Virus record (IMG/VR): IMGVR_UViG_3300034093_003590
Location: 1-27,560 of that record
DNA: 27,560 nucleotides
Source: a virus
Taxonomy: Duplodnaviria > Caudoviricetes
Direction: 5' to 3' (one strand)
Shown here: positions 9,854 through 17,842 of the stretch, one piece after another
How positions within the stretch are numbered: the first letter of the stretch is position 1
Layout: each line of letters opens with the position of its first letter
The notes under the pieces: generated by a model
Database searches by the model: none
Seen by the model: the letters and a program-made list of their open reading frames with translations, nothing else
What the model was told of the DNA's origin: nothing
Program-made: the position numbers and the translations under genes

Positions 9854-12800
9854 TTAGTTTATCCCATTTGCAGTAACTGTAAAGTCTTTCTGAACTTTTG
9901 TTTTACCTTTATTTTTTGAAAAGTATGCCTCTACTTTTATTTTTGTTTCTTTACCTTTCAATTGAATTTCTTTGTATTGTTTAGCATCTTTTAAATTATT
10001 TTCTGCAGTTTTTACTGCCTTTTTAGTTGTTGGGTTTTTATCGTTTTCAAAATTTGTTTTAGCAGTAGTTAGTTCATTTTCTTTAGTAGTAATATTATTA
10101 TCTAAGTTGGCAATTTCAGTTGGCGTCGCCAATTTAGTAAATAATGATGTTGGTTTGGTTATAGTTGCACTATTTTCTTTCGATTCTTCTTTTTGACTAC
10201 CTACTTTAATTATTACTTCTAATTCGTTTTTATCGTTCGCACTATTTTCTTTATCCGTTGGGTTTGTCTCACTTGGTAATTTACCACCTCTAGTTTTTGC
10301 AACTATATCAGTACCATTTATTACGATTTCTATTGGATTATCCGATTCAACTTGTTCTGTGGTTGCGTTTTTTTCATCTTGTTTCACTTGATTAATAGTA
10401 TCTTGTGTTTTTAAACTACCGTATATAGTTTTAACTTTATCTTTTCCGATTAATTTTTCTTTAAGTTGCCCTAATTTTACTCCGTCCACTATTTTACCAT
10501 CTTTAATTGTATCAGAACGTACATCATACATTTCAGTATTTGCGTAATAATTAAAAGATACTGCGTTTTGTAACCTATTAATTGGTCCAACTAATGAATG
10601 TCCACCTATTAAATCAATACTTAATTGTACTGAAGCAATCATTGGTTGAACACCTATACCCTCAGGATTAATGTCCCATTTAGGTCCGTCATAAGAAATT
10701 TGTAATGAGTTTATTGCAACTTTAGTGTGGAAGAAATCACCAATTCTTAAAATACATATAGGTGGTCTACCAAAAGAAAGGTTTTGTGGTTGAACTCCCA
10801 CTTCAACCCCATCCGCAGATGTTTTTTTATCATAAATACTCGGACCTTGTCTCATACATTGATTAAGAAATGTTAATCTACTATTTAACCCTTCAGGTGT
10901 TATACTATGAAAACCTGCATGAAAATATCTAATCTTTTCAGATATTGTTTTAAAGTAGTTTGGGTAATTTGCGTCGATAAAATCGAAATAAGGTCCCTCA
11001 TCAATAATTAGATTGTCAATTAAATTAATTGCCTCTGTTGGATCAATTTCCACAGGTGTCTCGCCTTTTTCAGGTGGTTGTGCCTCTGTAGAATTTTCAG
11101 TATCATTTTCCATCTGTACATCCACTCTATATGAATTAGCATCGTTTGTACTAACACTAACACCACTTTCAATTTTTATAGGTGAAATATTTTTAAATGT
11201 TTTTACATCTAAATTTTGTTGTAAAAAAGTTAATAATTTTTCTTTCAGATCTTTAGAAAATGAATCTGCCAATGGAATTGGTTCTACCTTTTTTGTATCA
11301 TTTTCCAATACTTCCGTACTTGCAAAACCTTTAAGTGTTATTAAAACTTTAGGATTAGTATTATTTAATTGTTTTTTTATAAACTCAAGTACTTTAATTT
11401 TTATTAAATCAAAAGAAGGTTCATTTATAACTCTTTTTGCAATACAATTTTCAGTTGCAACATTACATTCCTTTACTTGATCATATAAAACTGAACCTTT
11501 CTCCTGATCTTTTTCAGGTAAATTTGTTTTGGGTTTTTCTTTTTCATATATTTTTTTCTCAACCTCATCAATATCAGTTTGTGGTACCGCACATTCTAAT
11601 GCCCTAAGAAAATCTTCAGGTGTAACACAACCAGCAAAGAACCTTTCAACAAGGTTATTATTTTGTCCTCTATAACAATTTATCACTCTTGGGTGATCGA
11701 CTATTATCTTAAAAGATAAGGATCCACTTCTTTTAGAGTTGTTATATGTATATACAGGTTCACTTCTACCGATAAATTCAGTAGGTGTCCAATTTGCACT
11801 AGTATTCTCATCAAATGTAAGTTCATAAGGTGGGAACCACATAATTCTACCTTTAGTACCTGTTAATGGATCACCAGGACCAATTTCAAATAAAGGTAAA
11901 TCTGATAAATTATCCGCCCAAGCCAAATTTTCCAAAGATAACATAAATTTCTTCCTAGTAGTCTTTGAATCTAATATACTAGGATGATACTTAGGTATAC
12001 CATTCTCCATTAAAACACTAAGTGATGCCTTATCTTGTCTCGATGAAAATCCTTCACCAGGGCTCTCCGCATTGAAGAATAGTCCTGTGTTCCTTATTGC
12101 GTTGAAATAACTGTATCTATCGTTTACTGTCCACACCCTACAATAATTTGTGTTACCCTCAATAGATAATAAAGACAATTCTGAAATTGCGTTACCTCTA
12201 CTTATAACCCTATCTTGTTCTTTATCTCTAAAGTATTTTTTAGTTTGGTTAATAAAGACATCGTTTTCACTATTATTAACTAATTGTTGTGTTTTATATA
12301 ATAATGTCTTAGGGTTAAAGTTTTGTTCCCCACCAGTTGTCCAGAAAAATTTATTTTCTTCACCTGATGGTTCACCTACACCTTCAATAGTAGTTCTTAA
12401 CCCATTACCAGTATTATCTGTTTCACCATTAAAGTCTTTACTAGTAAATCTTGTGGTTATCCTATTACCTCTGTTGGTATTTCTTTCTGTCCCAACATAG
12501 TATCTTGAATTAATTCCTGCGTTATCCGTACCTGACAATCTACTATCTTCATATTGTGGTCTGTAACTATTTCTGTTCAAAAGATTAAATGCGAAGGAAA
12601 CTTGTTGGGTACTTGTTCTTTCAAACAATACTTTCATTCTCAATTCAGTTGATAGAGTTGGTTCAACACCTTCTTGAATATCTAAATTTGATTTTAATAA
12701 CTCATCACCTGATTTAACACTACTATTATATTCATTCCAACCAACTGCCGCATTTGGTAATGTATTATAGAATTGGGCACTACCTCTCATTCTATTAACA

Positions 12801-13426
12801 TATTCGTTAACTCTATTACCTATAGGTTGGGTAATATACCCATGAATTAATTGTTCATCATTGGTGAATCCTTCTACTTGACCAATTTTATCAATAATTG
12901 TTTTCTCCAATTGTTGTCCTCCAATAATACCTAACGAAGTTTCTTTTTGAAAATTTAGTGATTTATATGTATCGATAACATTAAAAGGAAAGTCTACACC
13001 TTTTTTAACTCCATTATTAATTAATGTGAATTGATCTTGATTATACGATATTGGATAAAATCCATTTGTTTTAGGACCAAATGATGTAGGTAATGGATAC
13101 CATAAAACAGGTGGTACTGTTAATTCAAAAGTTATGTATTGATCATTTTGTGGTTTGTATTTATTTAAATTGACATTTTGTGTCATTCTAAATAATGTAC
13201 CTAAAGGAAATAATTTTTTCTCTTCGTTATAATGGATAGGAATATTCTCACTCTGAGTACCCATCACAGGTACATTAATAACTTTACCAATGTCTTGTAA
13301 TTTAGATACAAGTCCTGACTGAACTAATGTTTCGTTTACTGGTGGTGGTAAATTTCTATTTAATAACCTATTCCTAAATTCTTGTGTAGAATAAATACCT
13401 TTATTATAATCTAATATTCCTGCCAT
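9854..13426 (-). CDS. large baseplate / tail-tube-initiator-like protein with inserted OmpA-C-like segment
   Basis: Tube-fold motifs GRIMWFPPYELTFDENTSANW...IGRSEPVYTYNNSKRSGSLSFKIIVD and RPPICILRIGDFFHTKVAINSLQISYD; directly after tape measure. Confidence 0.65.
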   Translation of the reverse strand: MAGILDYNKGIYSTQEFRNRLLNRNLPPPVNETLVQSGLVSKLQDIGKVINVPVMGTQSENIPIHYNEEKKLFPLGTLFRMTQNVNLNKYKPQNDQYITFELTVPPVLWYPLPTSFGPKTNGFYPISYNQDQFTLINNGVKKGVDFPFNVIDTYKSLNFQKETSLGIIGGQQLEKTIIDKIGQVEGFTNDEQLIHGYITQPIGNRVNEYVNRMRGSAQFYNTLPNAAVGWNEYNSSVKSGDELLKSNLDIQEGVEPTLSTELRMKVLFERTSTQQVSFAFNLLNRNSYRPQYEDSRLSGTDNAGINSRYYVGTERNTNRGNRITTRFTSKDFNGETDNTGNGLRTTIEGVGEPSGEENKFFWTTGGEQNFNPKTLLYKTQQLVNNSENDVFINQTKKYFRDKEQDRVISRGNAISELSLLSIEGNTNYCRVWTVNDRYSYFNAIRNTGLFFNAESPGEGFSSRQDKASLSVLMENGIPKYHPSILDSKTTRKKFMLSLENLAWADNLSDLPLFEIGPGDPLTGTKGRIMWFPPYELTFDENTSANWTPTEFIGRSEPVYTYNNSKRSGSLSFKIIVDHPRVINCYRGQNNNLVERFFAGCVTPEDFLRALECAVPQTDIDEVEKKIYEKEKPKTNLPEKDQEKGSVLYDQVKECNVATENCIAKRVINEPSFDLIKIKVLEFIKKQLNNTNPKVLITLKGFASTEVLENDTKKVEPIPLADSFSKDLKEKLLTFLQQNLDVKTFKNISPIKIESGVSVSTNDANSYRVDVQMENDTENSTEAQPPEKGETPVEIDPTEAINLIDNLIIDEGPYFDFIDANYPNYFKTISEKIRYFHAGFHSITPEGLNSRLTFLNQCMRQGPSIYDKKTSADGVEVGVQPQNLSFGRPPICILRIGDFFHTKVAINSLQISYDGPKWDINPEGIGVQPMIASVQLSIDLIGGHSLVGPINRLQNAVSFNYYANTEMYDVRSDTIKDGKIVDGVKLGQLKEKLIGKDKVKTIYGSLKTQDTINQVKQDEKNATTEQVESDNPIEIVINGTDIVAKTRGGKLPSETNPTDKENSANDKNELEVIIKVGSQKEESKENSATITKPTSLFTKLATPTEIANLDNNITTKENELTTAKTNFENDKNPTTKKAVKTAENNLKDAKQYKEIQLKGKETKIKVEAYFSKNKGKTKVQKDFTVTANGIN

Positions 13427-13444
13427 ATATAATATTTTCTTATT

Positions 13445-13455
13445 ATATAAATATT
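13445..13455 (-). promoter_or_regulatory. putative phage late promoter AATATTTATAT
   Basis: Identical motif 18 nt upstream of ATG 13426. Confidence 0.7.
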
Positions 13456-13554
13456 AGGTCTATAAAATTCAGGTGATTATTTATTATATAATATATTCGA
13501 GTATTCTTGTTTATTTAAAAATCTAGAATTATTTCTTGAATAAACTGGTCCTTG

Positions 13555-13585
13555 CAATAATAGTAATAATTTTCTGTAAAGTCAA
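13555..13585 (-). promoter_or_regulatory. host-sigma-type promoter
   Basis: Minus strand TTGACT-N17-TATTATTG in the 187-nt intergenic region. Confidence 0.55.
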
Positions 13586-13613
13586 TAGTAAATCAAAAAT
13601 AATTTTATTTTTT

Positions 13614-15689
13614 TTAAGATGCCATATAATCTGTTGCTTCTTTACTAGATGCAACTCCACCATTTCTGAATTGACCATTTAAATGAGAAATAATAGTTTT
13701 CTCAATCATTGGTTTTATAGATGCCATATCCATATTTTTTGTAGAACCGTCAGGTGAAACTAATTCTATCCTTCCTGTTATATTTAAACTACCAAATTCA
13801 ACTTTAGATGAACTAGACGGGGCACCATTAGAAGGTAATCCATTACTAAATAATCTATCAATTGGTCCACCTTTTTTTGCTCCAACAACATCATCCTCTG
13901 TTGAAAATTTAGTCATTGCCCCCGAAGATCTCATTAAAAAGTCACCTGCACCTGGATCATTTAAATCATCCGTTCCTCCACCTAAACCACCATCTCCGTT
14001 TGCATTTAATGTTTCTGACAATTTTTCTGAAGATTTAGTTAATTCTTGAAAAGATTTAATTGTACCATCTTTAATTTCTGTACCCAAATTTTGCATTTCT
14101 TCCATTGCAGTGTCAATAGAACTTTTATCACCTTCATTATTCTTAAACATATCTTTAATAAAAACATCTGCTTTATTAATATATTCAGTTGCTAATGTAT
14201 CTATACCATCTTTCATACTTTGCATCATAGGTGCAACTTCATCTGCGGTTAATTCATATATATTTGTTAAACCAGCAACTTTTGCTTGACCACCTGCCTG
14301 CATATTAGTTATCTGATCAGACATCACTTTAGTGTTAGTTGCAATGTCTCTAAGACTTTCTTCAGAAGTTTGATTTTCTTCCATTATAGTCTTAGCCATA
14401 TCATCAGTAACTTGGTCTAAACCTAAATCACCAAATTTCTCCGTTTCTATTACAAATTTACCATCTTTAAATTTAGCCATAGATGCTAAACTTTCTTTCA
14501 TCTCATCATCTCCAACAGAGGTAAATTTCATTTTAATATCTTTGATTTTAGATGTCTGTCTAGCCATCTCAATCATTTTATCTGTATTAATACCTAATTG
14601 TTCTCCCGCTGATTTCAATTGCATTCTAACTTCCGCAGGAAACTCATATTCACCTGTTTCTTCATTAAACTGCATCATATTCTCAGTCATCTCACCAACT
14701 TTCTTCGCTAACTCTTCAGGTTTATTCCTAGCCATATACATTGTTTCAAATGGATCACCGAAAGCCTTTGCGATATCCCCACCTAACATTTGTAAATTTG
14801 CAGCCGCTTCAATTGCCGCCTCAGGTTGGTAGAACTTATCTGCCATAGTTAAAACATCTGACACGTCCAAACGCATTTTTACTGCTTGTTTAGCCATTTC
14901 AGTCATACCTTTAACACCACCAGCGAAAGAATAACTTTGCAAACTACCCATATTCGATTGTAAGGTTTTAATTACTTTAGTTGCATTTAATCCCATAGAT
15001 TGAGAGGATTTATATGTTTCTAAAATATGATCCTCCATTTTTTCTGTACTAACCCCCATTAACATAAATGATTCCGCCATTGATGCAGATTCAGAGGCAG
15101 ACATATCCATAGATTCTGCTACTGCACCTATCCTAATAGCATCTTCTTTGGTAAGTGTACTTACTCTTCCTGTTGCGTTACTAATATCGGTATAAATTGA
15201 TGATAAATCATCCGCACTTAAACCCATTTCTAACATTGCAGGTAGAGCCCCTTTGAAACTTTGTTCCATAAATTTGGCATTCTTACCTGTCATACCGATC
15301 TCTACACCTATTTTTTTATAGGAACGAGCCATATCCTCAGCCAATTTAAGTTGTTTGGTTGAGTCTATTAAAAATGATCTAAAATCGTTACCTGCTGCGG
15401 CAATATTATGGTAAATCTGCCCAGTTGCAGTACCCATCGCCTTAAGAGTTTTTAAACTATCTTTTAATAATCCTTGAAATTTTTTGGTTTTTTCAACTTC
15501 TTCATCGCTAATATCATTGCTTTCGATTGCAACATCTCTTTTCCTTTCTAAGGCTTTAATTTGTTTTTCGTACTCTTTTATTTTTTCTTTTTCGTACTCA
15601 AGTTCACCAATACTAATTTTTTCTGAATAGAGTTTAAGGTTATTAACCAACTCCTCCATTTTTTTTGAAATATCGTCTCCTGTTGCCAT
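13614..15689 (-). CDS. tail tape measure protein
   Basis: 691 aa, A/M/K/E-rich helical composition (e.g. EAAIEAAANLQMLGG), located between chaperone and baseplate genes. Confidence 0.8.
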   Translation of the reverse strand: MATGDDISKKMEELVNNLKLYSEKISIGELEYEKEKIKEYEKQIKALERKRDVAIESNDISDEEVEKTKKFQGLLKDSLKTLKAMGTATGQIYHNIAAAGNDFRSFLIDSTKQLKLAEDMARSYKKIGVEIGMTGKNAKFMEQSFKGALPAMLEMGLSADDLSSIYTDISNATGRVSTLTKEDAIRIGAVAESMDMSASESASMAESFMLMGVSTEKMEDHILETYKSSQSMGLNATKVIKTLQSNMGSLQSYSFAGGVKGMTEMAKQAVKMRLDVSDVLTMADKFYQPEAAIEAAANLQMLGGDIAKAFGDPFETMYMARNKPEELAKKVGEMTENMMQFNEETGEYEFPAEVRMQLKSAGEQLGINTDKMIEMARQTSKIKDIKMKFTSVGDDEMKESLASMAKFKDGKFVIETEKFGDLGLDQVTDDMAKTIMEENQTSEESLRDIATNTKVMSDQITNMQAGGQAKVAGLTNIYELTADEVAPMMQSMKDGIDTLATEYINKADVFIKDMFKNNEGDKSSIDTAMEEMQNLGTEIKDGTIKSFQELTKSSEKLSETLNANGDGGLGGGTDDLNDPGAGDFLMRSSGAMTKFSTEDDVVGAKKGGPIDRLFSNGLPSNGAPSSSSKVEFGSLNITGRIELVSPDGSTKNMDMASIKPMIEKTIISHLNGQFRNGGVASSKEATDYMAS

Positions 15690-15697
15690 AAAAATTT

Positions 15698-16843
15698 TTA
15701 ATTATCTCTAAAAGATTTTATCTTACCGTCCCAAGTAGTTTTGATGTTACTTACTGCACCACTACTATCTAAAACCCAAAAAGTATTATCACTTTGTGCT
15801 TTTTTTACTGTAGCAGTCTCAAAACCTAAAATAAATTTATCCCCACCATGTTGTACTAAAACAGTATCATTTGCAGAACCATAAGTTTTTAATATCTCAA
15901 ATAAAATAATATCACCACTGTTAAATAAAACATTAGGGGTTCCACCTCTAGGTGTATGTACTACATCACTACTAAATTCTATTTCGACATAATCGTGTAA
16001 TATTATTTTTTCTGCAGGTGTCTTTTTTTCTTTATTATATTTAGTTTCTTCACTCGATTTTTTATCATAACCAACAACCTTAAAAGATTTTTGTAAATCT
16101 GAAATTAAATCATCTAATATTGACTCACCCTCCTCATACCAACTTTCTAAAAAATCGCAACTTTTTTTTGTATCTTGTCTATCATCTTTTTTATTAATTT
16201 TAGAACCGTATTTACTTTCACAAAAATCCCAAGTATTGATTAATTCTTCTTGTATAAAATCTGGTTGATCCTCAACATCTGTTAGATATATCGATTTGTC
16301 TGCGTCACCTGTGGCATCATCAGTATGTTCATCAAATAAACGTAAACAATAACATAAACTATGTTCTGATTTTTTACCATACTTGTCCACGAATCTTTTA
16401 GCCTCTACTGCCTTTTTAGCGGCTTGTTGCATTTTTCTAAGAGTTCTAGGACCATATTTAATAATTTTACCACCTACTCTTAAAGTAGTTCTCTGTCCTA
16501 AAATTATTTTTTCTAAAGTTTTTGCATCAATTTCATCTGATTTAAGGAATTCTAAAATACCTTCTTCATCCATAGAATCTAAATCGGCTACCTCTATTTC
16601 TATTTCATCACCAACTTTAACACCACTTTTATACATTAGTGCATCTTTTAATTCTATATAGAATTCATTATCTGTGTTAGGTGGTAATTGACCATTTTCA
16701 ACTACAATGAATTTTTGTTTTTTTGTTTTCACATTATCACCTCCATATGGTGTGACAACAACATCTTGTTCTAAAAGATGATCTATGGATTCATTTAGAT
16801 AAGAAATAATATCTAATACTCTACCATTTTTTTTATATACCAT
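15698..16843 (-). CDS. hypothetical protein with leader peptide, putative virion-packaged protein
   Basis: 381 aa; N-terminus MVYKKNGRVLDIISYLNESIDHLLEQ; preceded by late motif. Confidence 0.7.
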   Translation of the reverse strand: MVYKKNGRVLDIISYLNESIDHLLEQDVVVTPYGGDNVKTKKQKFIVVENGQLPPNTDNEFYIELKDALMYKSGVKVGDEIEIEVADLDSMDEEGILEFLKSDEIDAKTLEKIILGQRTTLRVGGKIIKYGPRTLRKMQQAAKKAVEAKRFVDKYGKKSEHSLCYCLRLFDEHTDDATGDADKSIYLTDVEDQPDFIQEELINTWDFCESKYGSKINKKDDRQDTKKSCDFLESWYEEGESILDDLISDLQKSFKVVGYDKKSSEETKYNKEKKTPAEKIILHDYVEIEFSSDVVHTPRGGTPNVLFNSGDIILFEILKTYGSANDTVLVQHGGDKFILGFETATVKKAQSDNTFWVLDSSGAVSNIKTTWDGKIKSFRDN

Positions 16844-16858
16844 AACGCATTTATTTTT

Positions 16859-16869
16859 ATATAAATATT
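16859..16869 (-). promoter_or_regulatory. putative phage late promoter AATATTTATAT
   Basis: Identical motif 15 nt upstream of ATG 16843. Confidence 0.7.
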
Positions 16870-16890
16870 ATAAAAATGATAAAATATTAA

Positions 16891-17016
16891 TTAATCAGAT
16901 TTTTTCTGATTTTCGTTTACCATTATTCTTCTTGAGAATGTCGGCATAACCATCAGATCGGAATATGTGTACCCACAATATCTAACTAAGAAATTAATTT
17001 CTCTATGAAGATACAT
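16891..17016 (-). CDS. gp51-like small baseplate/tail assembly chaperone segment (41 aa from ATG; probably frameshift extension of upstream gene); not in ORF track
   Basis: MYLHREINFLVRYCGYTYSDLMVMPTFSRRIMVNENQKKSD; the Y-S-D-x3-MP-x3-R pattern resembles T4 gp51 / chaperone 'T' segments; frame stays open upstream across the gp26-like stop. Confidence 0.7.
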   Translation of the reverse strand: MYLHREINFLVRYCGYTYSDLMVMPTFSRRIMVNENQKKSD

Positions 17017-17023
17017 TAGATAT

Positions 17024-17797
17024 TCAGAGTTCAGGCCAGAAAAAAGTCGAGTTGAATCTAAGAAAGGTTTCTACGGACTCTCCCCCCTGAGTCCTTGCAG
17101 TAGTTTTAAAATCTAATCCTGGTGTTATCTCATCAATATACTTTCTTAAAGATCTAGAATCTATAATTGGTAATTTTTTAATTATATTTGAGATTTTTAT
17201 TTTATCTCTTTCACCATCAATGGATTTTATTTGTTGTTCTAAATTTAAAATGATTTTGTTAGACACACCATCAGGATTTCTTTTTGAATCTTCTTTATCT
17301 CTAATATCAACTACCTCCTCATCTTTTCCAGTTAAAAGTGAAAAAGTTATCCTTTTTTTAGTTTTTGGTAAAACGTAGTCAAATTCACCATTTTCGTCAG
17401 ATTTTACAGTTAATTTTTTTTGTTTGAGAGTAGATAAATTAATTGTACCCTCAACGATTTCACCCAAACTTGGACTATAAACTAATTGATTGTATTCTTC
17501 CCCAAATGCAGTAACCCTTAAATAAATCATCAGTGCGGTTCTATCACCAACTAATAAATCTTCTACGTTAAAACCTAAATCTTTAACTTTTCTTTTTAAT
17601 AGTACATCTATTATTTTACCACCACTAGAAATATTAGGCGAAGTTAATATGGATTCATCCATTGCAGTTAGATATTCTACCTTAACTGACTTAACTTTAT
17701 TTTTGTATAGGATACCTTGTGAAGGTAATTCTATAATATCATACGGTGTCCTATATTCCTCTGGAACATAATCTGGACTTAATTGGTTATCACTCAT
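17024..17797 (-). CDS. T4 gp26-like baseplate hub assembly protein / tail assembly chaperone
   Basis: IIELPSQGILY, YLTAMDESILTS, LLVGDRTALMIYLRVTAFGEEY, DSRSLRKYIDEITPGLD, C-terminal FFWP. Confidence 0.8.
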   Translation of the reverse strand: MSDNQLSPDYVPEEYRTPYDIIELPSQGILYKNKVKSVKVEYLTAMDESILTSPNISSGGKIIDVLLKRKVKDLGFNVEDLLVGDRTALMIYLRVTAFGEEYNQLVYSPSLGEIVEGTINLSTLKQKKLTVKSDENGEFDYVLPKTKKRITFSLLTGKDEEVVDIRDKEDSKRNPDGVSNKIILNLEQQIKSIDGERDKIKISNIIKKLPIIDSRSLRKYIDEITPGLDFKTTARTQGGESVETFLRFNSTFFWPEL

Positions 17798-17842
17798 AAA
17801 TTATATTATATAAAACTTTTATTTCTTGTAAATATTAAAAAA

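Noticed and set aside
17024-17047. Canonical -1 frameshift at T TTT TTC, or TGA readthrough
   Set aside because: The -1 frame stops within three codons and readthrough meets TAG after six codons; only the +1/-2 frame is productive
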